A stretch of 64,000 nucleotides of DNA from a virus, in the IMG/VR virus record IMGVR_UViG_3300031539_000009, positions 1 to 64,000 of that record; one strand, given 5' to 3'. A model generated the notes under the pieces. It did not search any database and had not been told where the DNA came from. It saw only the letters and a list, made by a program, of their open reading frames with translations. Of this stretch, positions 27,588 to 37,015 are shown one piece after another (position 1 is the stretch's first letter; each line of letters starts with the position of its first letter). The translations under genes and the position numbers were made by a program.

Positions 27588-28643
27588 TTACTTTTTGCCC
27601 TTTTTCTTGGCCGCCGGTTTGGCCGCCGGTTTGGCCGCCGGTTTGGCCGCCGGTTTGGCTTCCGCTTTGGCCGCCGGTTTGGCTTTGGCCGCCGGTTTGG
27701 CTTTGGCCGCCGGTTTGGCCGCCGCCTTTTTCACCGGTGGTGTCGGTGAATCGACCATGCTGATGTCGATGGATTTGGCCTTGACCATAGCAGCGATGTC
27801 GTTGGCCAGCTTTTCCTCATCCTTGGCCTCCAGGTCAATGACAGCGTGGGTGAACCAGCCATCCTTCCATTCCTTCTGGTTCCATGACTTCTTGGGCTGC
27901 CCGGCAACCTGAACGTCCATCTTGTCCATCCTGGTTTTGGGCCTGAAAGCGCAAATGGTCCGGTCCCTTCCCTTGGGCGTTTTGAAGTACAGGCTGCAAT
28001 ACCCGGAAGGCAGCAAACGATCATGCAAATACAGCTGCCCCGCCTCAGCCTCATCCTTGGACGGTTTGACCTCGGTGCCCATCGAATTGGCAATGATTCC
28101 GGCCATGGCATGAATCCTGGGCATCATCACTTCCATCCGCTCTTGTCGCACGTTTTTCTTGGGTGGCTCAGGTTCAGCTTCCCCGGCCTCATCGCCGTCG
28201 CCGGAATCCTCGGTGGCCTCATCGCCGTCGCCGGAATCCTCGGCATCACCTTCCCCGGCCTCATCGCCGTCGCCGGAATCCTCGGTGGCCTCATCGGTGG
28301 CACCCTCTGCTGCCTCAGTTTCCTCAGTGGTGTCCTCGGTGGCATCCGATTCCTCGGTGGCATCCGTGGCATCCTCGGTGTCTTCTTCAACGCTTTCCGG
28401 CTCATCCTCGGTGGTGCCTTCCAGAATTGCCTTGCCCTTTTTCACGACCTCAGACAAATCCTGCTCGCCTACCCAATCGGGCAGCTGCGCATCAGACACG
28501 CCATCGGACAGGGCCACCGCTTTGACGGCCATGCAGTTGTCACGGAATCCGCACGGCTTTTCATCGGTCGCCGGATTGCCATCACATTCGTCACCAACCT
28601 CATGCATCCCTGCGCAAGCTGGCACTTTTTTCTCATCACTCAT
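27588..28643 (-). CDS. Protein with Cys module, acidic repeat linker and histone H1/AlgP-like KPAA tail
   Basis: GGAGG RBS; translation. Confidence 0.8.
   Translation of the reverse strand: MSDEKKVPACAGMHEVGDECDGNPATDEKPCGFRDNCMAVKAVALSDGVSDAQLPDWVGEQDLSEVVKKGKAILEGTTEDEPESVEEDTEDATDATEESDATEDTTEETEAAEGATDEATEDSGDGDEAGEGDAEDSGDGDEATEDSGDGDEAGEAEPEPPKKNVRQERMEVMMPRIHAMAGIIANSMGTEVKPSKDEAEAGQLYLHDRLLPSGYCSLYFKTPKGRDRTICAFRPKTRMDKMDVQVAGQPKKSWNQKEWKDGWFTHAVIDLEAKDEEKLANDIAAMVKAKSIDISMVDSPTPPVKKAAAKPAAKAKPAAKAKPAAKAEAKPAAKPAAKPAAKPAAKKKGKK
27609..27726. repeat. Coding tandem repeats (12 and 18 bp; KPAA/KPAAKA)
   Basis: TTGGCCGCCGGT iterated. Confidence 0.9.
28183..28296. repeat. Coding repeats (EDSGDGDEA x3)
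   Basis: GGCCTCATCGCCGTCGCCGGAATCCTCGG three times. Confidence 0.9.
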
Positions 28644-28712
28644 CTTGTCACCTCCATAGTTTTTTTTCGGTCTGTTGTTCCTGTTACACTTGTTTTTTGT
28701 GTTCCTGTACCC

Positions 28713-29411
28713 TTATTTGTTAAGCTGGATCACATCGTTGACCACCCCCCTGATTTTTATCAAAGACCAATTCACCTGATTCACAGTTAGCCCAAGCAAA
28801 TTGGCTATTTCGACATTGCTGGTAAAATCCGGGTCAGGCGGTGTCACCTTGGCCATGAACACTTTACCTTCCCAGCCCCCAAGCCTGTAAAGCACTTGCA
28901 ATCTGAGCAGGGCTGTGATTTGATCTTCTTTGCTCCACTCATATGCCTGATCCGGGTTTGGCGTGGCATTCTCAATATACTCGCACAACACAGGGTCATC
29001 CAACATAGAACAATATGAACCTCTTGACCCCCTGACGTCACTTGTGGTGTCCGCCTTTTCAAGAATCACCTGCTCATTGTATGATGGAAGCTGCGGCCAC
29101 GCCTTGTATTCCCACTCGCCGCTTTCATCATTTTGAAGCCATCCGTGTAACATCCGCTTTTGGGCCATTTCCTTCCCCAGCACTCCCTGGAGATGTCTCC
29201 AAATCACATTCCACGTGTACGTGGACACCTGGGACTTTTCCGCATCATACCTGCTGAGCGACTTCCATGCCGCAATCAGTCCCTCTTGTACCAAATCTTC
29301 AAAACCCAATATGGCTCCGACTCCACGATGATTCCATGCGTGTTTCCTTGCGCCCCGTCTTATGACCCTGTAATGCTCTTCAAACAACGCATCTGCTTCC
29401 ACTTTTGCCAT
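28713..29411 (-). CDS. Phage RNA polymerase sigma factor (sigma70 family)
   Basis: FEDLVQEGLIAAWKSLSRYDAEK..STY region 2; SNVEIANLLGLT region 4 HTH. Confidence 0.85.
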   Translation of the reverse strand: MAKVEADALFEEHYRVIRRGARKHAWNHRGVGAILGFEDLVQEGLIAAWKSLSRYDAEKSQVSTYTWNVIWRHLQGVLGKEMAQKRMLHGWLQNDESGEWEYKAWPQLPSYNEQVILEKADTTSDVRGSRGSYCSMLDDPVLCEYIENATPNPDQAYEWSKEDQITALLRLQVLYRLGGWEGKVFMAKVTPPDPDFTSNVEIANLLGLTVNQVNWSLIKIRGVVNDVIQLNK

Positions 29412-29430
29412 ATTCATTTCCTCCATTTGA

Positions 29431-30132
29431 TTATTTGTTATTTTGGTGGCCGCTGGCGTAATTGTCGGCAGCTTCCCGTATTTTTGCAAACATGGAATCT
29501 GTTATGGTCGGCCAGTGCTTCCCGGCCGCAACTCTCAAACTTCCGATGTCAACAAACTCGCCACGCTTCTGGGCCATTTGGCATTCCTTTACCATCTCCC
29601 CAAACACCTTAGATGGTCGGTGCGCTTGGCAAGCAAAATAGAATTCGCACAACCCAGAATCGCACCCCGGACCGCCGCCCACGTCAGATGCTTCCTGTGA
29701 GAACTCGCCAAAACACTTTGGCTTCATGTCTTGATCCTTGACGTGTTCCGCCCACCCCAAAGCAGCCTGGAACACCTTGGTGATGTCTGGTGAATCCTTG
29801 AACATATCCGCCTTGTCCACCAGCCACATTAGATAGTCAGGCCGGTGAAGGGCCAACCACTTCACGGTCGCAAATTGATGCTTCCCAAACTTGAATTCCA
29901 TGTCGTGAATCGACACCGTTTGGGCCTGGACATTCACATCAGTTTTTCCACCTTCCCGGAATTTGAATTTGCGCTTCCACCTGACCAATGTCGTCTGGGC
30001 GACAACACCGATGATTACACCGGTCAAAACTGCCATCGTGGCAGACATGGTCCCCTCAAATATTCCTTCCCGGACCTTTCCGCCCGCTTCTTGCTGTTGT
30101 AGCATTTTCCTGATGTCATCTATTGAAGGCAT
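29431..30132 (-). CDS. Hypothetical protein with FGKH...YLMWL motif and Cys module
   Basis: Translation; GAGGGG RBS. Confidence 0.65.
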   Translation of the reverse strand: MPSIDDIRKMLQQQEAGGKVREGIFEGTMSATMAVLTGVIIGVVAQTTLVRWKRKFKFREGGKTDVNVQAQTVSIHDMEFKFGKHQFATVKWLALHRPDYLMWLVDKADMFKDSPDITKVFQAALGWAEHVKDQDMKPKCFGEFSQEASDVGGGPGCDSGLCEFYFACQAHRPSKVFGEMVKECQMAQKRGEFVDIGSLRVAAGKHWPTITDSMFAKIREAADNYASGHQNNK

Positions 30133-30133
30133 A

Positions 30134-30568
30134 TCAATTCCCCCTCTGGAATTTGGTCCTCACATCTTCTAAGCTGCCAGTGACCATTTTGTCCTCAACA
30201 ACCTTTTCCAGTGCTCCAACACCCCAACCAACAGCCCCGTCCTTTTCCCAGGCCTGTTGAAATGAAACAACCATGTCCCGGTGCCACCCAATTCCATGCT
30301 CGCCGTTGGGCCTGATCTTCATGAATAACTCGGTGGCCCTCTGAACGTCAGACCCTTCCCCGATGGCGTGTATTTGCCACTCCCAATCCGGGTGATTCTT
30401 GAATACCCAATCCTGCCAAGCACGCACATCGTCTTTTGCCTCTTTCAGCCCGCAACCGTACATTTGCTTGTAAATCTTGATTGCCACAATCGTTTGTTTT
30501 CTAAGTGCTTCAAACTTCCAACCTGTAGCATCCGCCAGCCTTGTTATCTTGTCTGCTTCTTGAAACAT
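30134..30568 (-). CDS. Protein with ribosomal L7/L12 C-terminal-like motif
   Basis: IVAIKIYKQMYGCGLKEAKDDV. Confidence 0.65.
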   Translation of the reverse strand: MFQEADKITRLADATGWKFEALRKQTIVAIKIYKQMYGCGLKEAKDDVRAWQDWVFKNHPDWEWQIHAIGEGSDVQRATELFMKIRPNGEHGIGWHRDMVVSFQQAWEKDGAVGWGVGALEKVVEDKMVTGSLEDVRTKFQRGN

Positions 30569-30597
30569 TTCCTTGTCCCCTCTTGTGTGTTTCTTTA

Positions 30598-32634
30598 TTA
30601 GGCCATGAGGTATTTTATGATCATCTTGAAAAGCTTGGCCGGAAGATCACCCACGCTGTTGACCACGTCCCAGTCAGGGTAAAAATTCCGCACGTGATCG
30701 GTCTGAATTCCCAGCCCATAAACCTCGATGCCCGCATCAGATATTTCCTTGACCACGTCCCTGGTGGCCTGATACTGCTTGTAATTGTCCCCAATGCTGA
30801 CGTTGGGCTTTCCGTCGCTGAGGACTATCATGATCTTGCGGTGCTGGGGTTGAGCCGCCAGCCGCTTTGCCGTGTGCATGATCGCTTCTGAATCAACGTT
30901 GCAGCCGTTGGTGTCCATCATCGCAATCCTGGTCTTCACAGTGGCATTGAACTTTTCCCCGAACGCCTTGTGGGTGTAGTGGGTGATCCCAACAAATCTG
31001 TTGTAATATTTCATTTCCTCTTTGGGCTCATCCCACGCACTATATCCGGCCCGATAAGTGTGATGTCCGCAAATCTCGAAAGGAATGTTCAGGCCATTCA
31101 ACGCTTCCGCAATCGCTATCATCCCGACCTTGGCGTGTCCAATCCTGTTATCACGACCGCTCATGGACCCGCTCTGGTCAACCAGGATGCTCACGGCCAC
31201 GTCCAACTTCTGTCCTGGCATCGTCTTGGTGAACACTCTTTTGTTTCCGGTCTTGGTGCTGTAAAGTGTGGAAGGATCAATTTGACCATTTTCCTGGTCG
31301 CCCACCCGGACCGCCTGAGCCTTGACCTTGAGCAGCGTGGTGAGTCTGGCCTTGAGTGCTCCGGTGGCCTTTCCCGCTTCCGTTTTGAGTCTGCTGTAGT
31401 GGTCCAGGGCTGCGCTGTCTGATGAGGTGTGGGTGCGAACGTCCCACTTGTCCCGGTCCAAAACCTTGGGTGAGGGGATGTGATCGTTGCTGCGCTTGGC
31501 CAACTCCATCGCCTTGGTCTTCAGTTCATCTTTGATCTTCTGCTTGAGATCGGTCTCAGTGGGCTTGGGCTGCTCTTTTTCCGCTTGCTCCAAGATGTCC
31601 AGTGCTTCCTGAGTGGCCTGGGGCATCCCATTCCCGCTGGCACCGCTCTCATCGCTGTTGGGATTTGAGGTGAAATCTTCATCGGTCCCCTTCCCCTTGC
31701 CGCTTCCGTCCTGGTCGCCGCCCATATCATCGCCATCGTGCTCTGCGGACAATCCGGCATCAACACCCTGGTCGCCGTCCTGCTCCTGCTCGGTGTCCTG
31801 CTCGGTGTCCTGGTCGCCGTCCTGGTCGCCGTCCTGGTCCTGGTCGCCGTCCTGGTCCGCTTCCCCTTTGCCGTCCTGGTCCTGGTCGCCGTCCTGGTCC
31901 TGGTCGCCGTCCTGGTCCTGGTCGCCGTCCTGGCCTTGTTCGTCTTGCTCGGTGTTTCCCTGTTCCTTGTCGCCCTGCTCCTGGTCGCCGCTTCCCTGAT
32001 TCTGCCCCAACTCATCCTTGGCATCACTCAGTCTGCCCAAGATGTCAGTGACCAGCTGGTCAACGTCCGCCGGTGCCTCAACGGTTTTGGCCCGCTCTAT
32101 TTCCGGCTGAATTTTGTCCAAGATCAGGTTGTATGACTCAGGAAGCCAGGAAGTGGATCTGCCGGTGGCCCGGAAGGAAAGCCCAATGGCGATGATGTAG
32201 TTGGGGTTGGCCTGTCCTGGATTGGCGCTTAATTCTTTGACCAAATCGCTGGTGAGCCTATCATTCATGGTGTCCAGGTTGGTGGCCACTCCCGGATAAC
32301 GTGCGCTGAGGCTGCGCTCTATTCTGGTGTCCTCGATGGCGTTGAAAAACACTTTGTATTTGGGGGTGGCCGCTCTCATGTAGTCTAATGGGGTGCGCTG
32401 TCCCTGGGCTTTCCAAATTTCCTCTTGCTCGATGTGGCCCCACTCGTGATCCAACAGACCTTCCATGACCGCCTGATCCGCCCCTTTGAACTTGTCTGCG
32501 TTGGCAGGAAGGTAGATGGTGGCCCCGTCAGTGGCGCAATTCAGCGTCTGGGTGTTGACGTGGACCGTGGCCCGCTTGCTGAACGTCCGGGCGATTTTTT
32601 CCCACTTGCTTTCCATGGTTCTTTTTGCTTTCAT
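30598..32634 (-). CDS. vWA-domain protein (CobT-like) with HExxH N-domain and acidic linker
   Basis: DHEWGH, NAIEDTRIE, DQSGSM MIDAS, VLSDGKP. Confidence 0.88.
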   Translation of the reverse strand: MKAKRTMESKWEKIARTFSKRATVHVNTQTLNCATDGATIYLPANADKFKGADQAVMEGLLDHEWGHIEQEEIWKAQGQRTPLDYMRAATPKYKVFFNAIEDTRIERSLSARYPGVATNLDTMNDRLTSDLVKELSANPGQANPNYIIAIGLSFRATGRSTSWLPESYNLILDKIQPEIERAKTVEAPADVDQLVTDILGRLSDAKDELGQNQGSGDQEQGDKEQGNTEQDEQGQDGDQDQDGDQDQDGDQDQDGKGEADQDGDQDQDGDQDGDQDTEQDTEQEQDGDQGVDAGLSAEHDGDDMGGDQDGSGKGKGTDEDFTSNPNSDESGASGNGMPQATQEALDILEQAEKEQPKPTETDLKQKIKDELKTKAMELAKRSNDHIPSPKVLDRDKWDVRTHTSSDSAALDHYSRLKTEAGKATGALKARLTTLLKVKAQAVRVGDQENGQIDPSTLYSTKTGNKRVFTKTMPGQKLDVAVSILVDQSGSMSGRDNRIGHAKVGMIAIAEALNGLNIPFEICGHHTYRAGYSAWDEPKEEMKYYNRFVGITHYTHKAFGEKFNATVKTRIAMMDTNGCNVDSEAIMHTAKRLAAQPQHRKIMIVLSDGKPNVSIGDNYKQYQATRDVVKEISDAGIEVYGLGIQTDHVRNFYPDWDVVNSVGDLPAKLFKMIIKYLMA
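31768..31935. repeat. Coding tandem repeats (DGDQ/DGDQDQ)
   Basis: CCTGGTCGCCGT(CCTGGT) iterated. Confidence 0.9.
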
Positions 32635-32674
32635 TTTCGTGTCCCCTTTTGTGTTTTTTCCGGCCATGTTTAAT

Positions 32675-32703
32675 ATCATAGCTGATCTTGAATGAAAAGG
32701 CAA
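32675..32703 (-). promoter_or_regulatory. Early promoter copy 3 (TTGCCT-N17-TATGAT), in cassette repeat ~32660-32830
   Basis: Same spacer and upstream blocks as copies 1 and 2. Confidence 0.85.
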
Positions 32704-32891
32704 GAAAAAAAACACCCAAGGTCCAAACTTTTTTTACAATATCCATAAATCCAACAAGTTACAAGACAACTTTTTTTTGGTGTAGCCCGGTCTTTTAATA
32801 GGCCAAAACGTCGAAAGGACCAAAAACCACTTAACTTGTTGATTTTACTTAACATTTTCAATTCCCCATAAAATCAAGGACTTAGGGTGCT

Positions 32892-34070
32892 TTAGCACCC
32901 CATGATCCTCTGGATAACTCCATCCACGAACATCGCATCATCCTTGGACATCCGGTCCAAGATGGTGATCCTGGCGGCCAGGCGGATGTTGTTCAGCTTG
33001 ATAGCTTTCCCGGCCCACTCGATCAGTCTGCGGGTTGAGCAGGTGCAATAACACTGCTCTTGTTCAAATGCTCCCCGAATGGCCTGGGCAACTTCAACCA
33101 TCTTCTGGGCCATGCTATGATCGGCCCCGGTCTTGGACTTGACAATTTTGATCTCAATGGACTTTTCAACATAATCGGCCTTGAGGACCACTCCGAACCT
33201 GTCCAGATATGCTTCATTGAGGACGTTGGTGCCGGTGTACAGGCCGGTGTCGTCGCCCCTTCCGATGGTGTTTGCGGTGGCCACAACCCGGAAATTGGGG
33301 TGTGGTTCTATGACTTCACCGTTGTTCCCGGTGAGAGTGAGCTTGCCGCCACGCTCCAGGACCGCCTGAAGGACAAAAAGGATATGGGGTTGAGCAGCGT
33401 CCATCTCGTCAAGCAACAGCCAATATCCTTTGCGCATCGCTTCCGGCAGCACGCCATCCTTCCAGACCACAACGCTGTTTCCATTCTCATCCACGTCCAA
33501 CACTTTTTCGCCGGTGAAATCAGCTGCCCGGATGTCGCCGTTGAGATTGACTCTGCGGACCGGCTGGTTGAGAATGCTGGCCAACTCCAGGAAAGCAGCC
33601 GACTTGCCGCAGCCCGTGGGTCCATGAACCAGCGTGTTGTCGCCCTCTTCAATTCCAACCGCCAAGACCGTGAAAACATCCATGTCAAGCTGATAATTTT
33701 CATCGTGGTCCGGGATGTATTTTTTGTCCGCTTCTGTTACATCCTTTCTGACGTACAGGCTGGCCGGTCCGATCTGAAGTGGTGCGTCTGGGTTGAATCC
33801 GTTGTGATCGCCGTTGGCGCCGTCCTGAACTTCTGGCTGCTGAATAAGGTCGGTGGCGACCTTGGTGCGCTTGACACCCTTTTGGGCCTGGCTGACCCGC
33901 TGGCTTGCGTATTCTGATATGGTTGGTTCACCCGGATGCCTGAGGTTGTACTCGGCAACGTCGATTCCGTGGGCTGATTTAAGATGTACGCTGAGTTGGT
34001 GGTAATAACGTCCGCACTCTTTGCACTCAATTTTCACATTACCATTCTTGTCGATTTGTTTGAAGCTCAT
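32892..34070 (-). CDS. MoxR/CbbQ/CobS-type AAA+ ATPase with N-terminal C2H2-like zinc finger
   Basis: GPTGCGKS, LLLDEMD, ATANT, AYLDRF; CKEC...H...H. Confidence 0.9.
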   Translation of the reverse strand: MSFKQIDKNGNVKIECKECGRYYHQLSVHLKSAHGIDVAEYNLRHPGEPTISEYASQRVSQAQKGVKRTKVATDLIQQPEVQDGANGDHNGFNPDAPLQIGPASLYVRKDVTEADKKYIPDHDENYQLDMDVFTVLAVGIEEGDNTLVHGPTGCGKSAAFLELASILNQPVRRVNLNGDIRAADFTGEKVLDVDENGNSVVVWKDGVLPEAMRKGYWLLLDEMDAAQPHILFVLQAVLERGGKLTLTGNNGEVIEPHPNFRVVATANTIGRGDDTGLYTGTNVLNEAYLDRFGVVLKADYVEKSIEIKIVKSKTGADHSMAQKMVEVAQAIRGAFEQEQCYCTCSTRRLIEWAGKAIKLNNIRLAARITILDRMSKDDAMFVDGVIQRIMGC

Positions 34071-34119
34071 TTCGCTTCCCACTTTTGATTTGTATTTGGT
34101 TTTTTCGACCATGTATACA

Positions 34120-34148
34120 AGTATAGCTGATCTTGAATGGAAAGGCAA
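34120..34148 (-). promoter_or_regulatory. Early promoter copy 4 (TTGCCT-N17-TATACT), in cassette repeat ~34100-34298
   Basis: Same core as copy 1. Confidence 0.9.
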
Positions 34149-34428
34149 GAAAAAAATCGCCCAAGGACCAAACTTTTTTTACAAGATCCATAAAAACAAT
34201 CATTTACTGGGCAACTTTTTTTTGGTGTAGACCGGCTTTTCAAAAAGGCAAAAGGTAAAAAGGGCCAAAATTGGCTTCCGGTGTGGATAGGTAGTGGGGT
34301 TTGTTTTTTGTGTCTAAACAGAATATTGCCGAATGGCTTGAAATTAAATACTTTTTTGTGAAAATTTGGTGTCATTATCACCGATTCCTTTTGATTATTG
34401 TCGGCCCGATTATGCGGACCAATTTTAC

Positions 34429-34457
34429 ATTATAACCTAAAATCAGCGACAAGGCAA
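34429..34457 (-). promoter_or_regulatory. Additional sigma70 promoter (TTGCCT-N17-TATAAT)
   Basis: Consensus -10, same -35, different spacer. Confidence 0.75.
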
Positions 34458-34506
34458 GGAAAAAATTACACCTCACAATGAAGTGTGGAAGGAATGTGGC
34501 CTGATG

Positions 34507-35499
34507 CTACAAATTTTTTAAGGTGTCGGTGATATAATCCAACTCAGCCGTCGCCGCCGGACGTGATTTCAACATGCATGCCTGTGCCTCTTTGCGACTC
34601 AAATCAGCCGGGTCACGGCCAGCCGGAAGCTCAATCAACTCAATCTCGAATAACGCCCCCAATGCTTTCGACACCTCCAACGATTTTTTATATGCGTCAT
34701 CGTCCAACATGATCCTGACCTTTTCAATCCTGCTATCCAGAAGCAATGCCAATTGCCCGTCGCCCAAGGACTTCCCAAACAGCGCAATGGCATCAATTCC
34801 TGCCTGCCACAACTTCATAACGTCAAATGCGCCCTCGACCAAGGTGATCATATCACTCTCACGACAATGGTCATAATTGAATAGCAAGTGGCTGAAGGAC
34901 GCATCCGGTGGATTGAGATATTTTTTGTTAGATGTCCCGGTGACATCTCTGGCAATAAAAGATCGGACCCCAGCGCAATGTACAGGTACAATCACACGCC
35001 CACCATAGCGTCCACCCTGGCACAACCCTAGTTTGAACCTCATCGCCGTCTTGACTTCAATTCCCCGGTCTTTGAGATAGATTGGCATGGCCGCCTTCAT
35101 GGTCCGCTTATTGAATATGGGCTTGTATTGTTTCGGAAGGTCATGGCTGATAATCTCAGGATCAGGAATCACTCGGACCGCTGCGGTGTCAATCGCCCGT
35201 TTCAGGGCATCCAGGTCAGTGTCGGTCCCAAAAATCCTGACCCGCTCCCTGACAATGCGCATCGCCGTCGCCCGGTCGCACGCCTCCACAGCCATAATGA
35301 ATTGTAGCCCGTTGCACCCCCAATCGCACTTCCAGCACTTCCCCCTCTGCTTGGCCACGCTGAAATCAAAGTGCTCCTGGTCCCCGCAATTGGGGCAATC
35401 CACGTTGAATTCCTTGTCGCTGGACATGTGCTTTCGATTGTTGACCGGGATGTTCCGCTCAATGTAATCTTCAAAGTCAAATCGAATTCTCAACGCCAT
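34507..35499 (-). CDS. DNA primase (zinc finger and Toprim)
   Basis: CPNC...CWKC, KYLN, LVEGAFD, MLDDDA, DPAD. Confidence 0.9.
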   Translation of the reverse strand: MALRIRFDFEDYIERNIPVNNRKHMSSDKEFNVDCPNCGDQEHFDFSVAKQRGKCWKCDWGCNGLQFIMAVEACDRATAMRIVRERVRIFGTDTDLDALKRAIDTAAVRVIPDPEIISHDLPKQYKPIFNKRTMKAAMPIYLKDRGIEVKTAMRFKLGLCQGGRYGGRVIVPVHCAGVRSFIARDVTGTSNKKYLNPPDASFSHLLFNYDHCRESDMITLVEGAFDVMKLWQAGIDAIALFGKSLGDGQLALLLDSRIEKVRIMLDDDAYKKSLEVSKALGALFEIELIELPAGRDPADLSRKEAQACMLKSRPAATAELDYITDTLKNL

Positions 35500-35650
35500 G
35501 TCCTCGCATGTATTTCGCCGCACATGTTGGCACGTTGTAAAATCCCATTACCTAACACACGCTGCATACGTCGATGCATGCAAATTTCCGCTGTTTCTGT
35601 CTGCAAAAACGTATGCATGTTTTGAGCATTTACCCGTGCATGTTGGCATG

Positions 35651-37015
35651 TCATATTTTCTTTTCCTCTTGCTTTTGGAATTTGGATTTTTCCAACTCGT
35701 CAATCTCGATGAAAGTGCAAGTGGAATATCTGGCCTGCATCTTGAGCCACGTCCTGGGCACTTCGCCGTCCCTGTTCTTGGCCAGGACCATCGCCAACTC
35801 TGGGTATGGGGTGATGTCCCGCATTTGAAGTGTACAACCCATGGTCACGGCTACATCTGATATCCTGGCCTTGTCATATGATTCCGCCACAGATTCCGCA
35901 TACCAAATGATTTTGTTCTTGTATTCCTTGGGTGCGTGCGTGCTCGACCAAACACCACAATCGCACTCTTCAGCCAGCCCCTTCATATCCCAATAGGCCA
36001 TCGTGTGCGTGACCCTGTAATTTTCCGCCCGCCGGGTTGGGACAAGATGGTCACCACTATCAACCACCACCAGGTCAGTCGGAATTCCGACCGCCAACCG
36101 ATCTTTTATCATCCCCCGGATAATGTTCACATCACACTTTTGGACAGGGACACTGGCCACGTGTAGCTTGTCCTTGAGAATCCTCTTTGGCATCCTCTGT
36201 ATCCGGTCCTTTGACCGCTCTATTCTGATCAACTCACCACGGTCAAAATCGTGTGTTTTGAACTTGCGTGAATCTATCTGCGTGAGCTTGGCATCCAGCT
36301 TTGATTCGATCTGATCACGCCTCATCTCCAATGCCACATACAACACGTGGCTTCCCCGGACCGCCGCCCCATATGCAAATTGCACCAACATCGATGATTT
36401 ACCAATGCTGGTCACTCCAATCAAAATTCCAAGTTCACCCGGTGCCAATCCGCCGTCCAGGTGGTTGTCCAGGTATCTGACTGATGATGGAACACGACTG
36501 GTGACCCCGGCCTTGGCTTGTGCCCGCCTGATTGCCTGCCTTTCGTCCAACCGGCTGAACCAATCCTCACGATTGGCCTCAGCTGCGGCCTGGAGTGCCG
36601 CCCCTTCCCTGTACGTGTTCCAAGCATCTTCAACCTTCCCCTGCTTCAACAATTCTGCGGCATCGCTCATCGCCGTCTTCATGTGTTGGTGCTTAATGAA
36701 TCTGTTCAACTCCTCCATCGATGTGTTAGCCATATTCTGCGTTGAGTCGAACAGCTCAATATTTGTATCCATATACGGTTGTGACTTGGACCGCTCTGGG
36801 AATTCCGCCTTGATTAGCCTGATTGCTTTTTTCCTGGGCATCAACTCATGGTGCGTCACATACTGCGACACGATTTGCTTCCAAATCCAATCCAACTGCT
36901 TGTTGCTGAATTGGTATTCCTTCAGGGCTGCGACCGCCCTTTGCAAATATCGGATGTCCTTCAAACTTGTGGCAATAATCTGCTTCTCATATTCAACATC
37001 TATCTGCTGGGCCAT
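35651..37015 (-). CDS. DnaB-like replicative helicase
   Basis: GVTSIGKS, ALEM, VVVDSGD, KNRDG. Confidence 0.88.
   Translation of the reverse strand: MAQQIDVEYEKQIIATSLKDIRYLQRAVAALKEYQFSNKQLDWIWKQIVSQYVTHHELMPRKKAIRLIKAEFPERSKSQPYMDTNIELFDSTQNMANTSMEELNRFIKHQHMKTAMSDAAELLKQGKVEDAWNTYREGAALQAAAEANREDWFSRLDERQAIRRAQAKAGVTSRVPSSVRYLDNHLDGGLAPGELGILIGVTSIGKSSMLVQFAYGAAVRGSHVLYVALEMRRDQIESKLDAKLTQIDSRKFKTHDFDRGELIRIERSKDRIQRMPKRILKDKLHVASVPVQKCDVNIIRGMIKDRLAVGIPTDLVVVDSGDHLVPTRRAENYRVTHTMAYWDMKGLAEECDCGVWSSTHAPKEYKNKIIWYAESVAESYDKARISDVAVTMGCTLQMRDITPYPELAMVLAKNRDGEVPRTWLKMQARYSTCTFIEIDELEKSKFQKQEEKKI

Noticed and set aside
27609-31995. Tandem repeats as a possible CRISPR array
   Set aside because: In-frame coding repeats without unique spacers; no cas genes.
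30598-34070. CobS/CobT as cobalamin biosynthesis genes
   Set aside because: No CobN or other cob genes; generic MoxR-vWA architecture.
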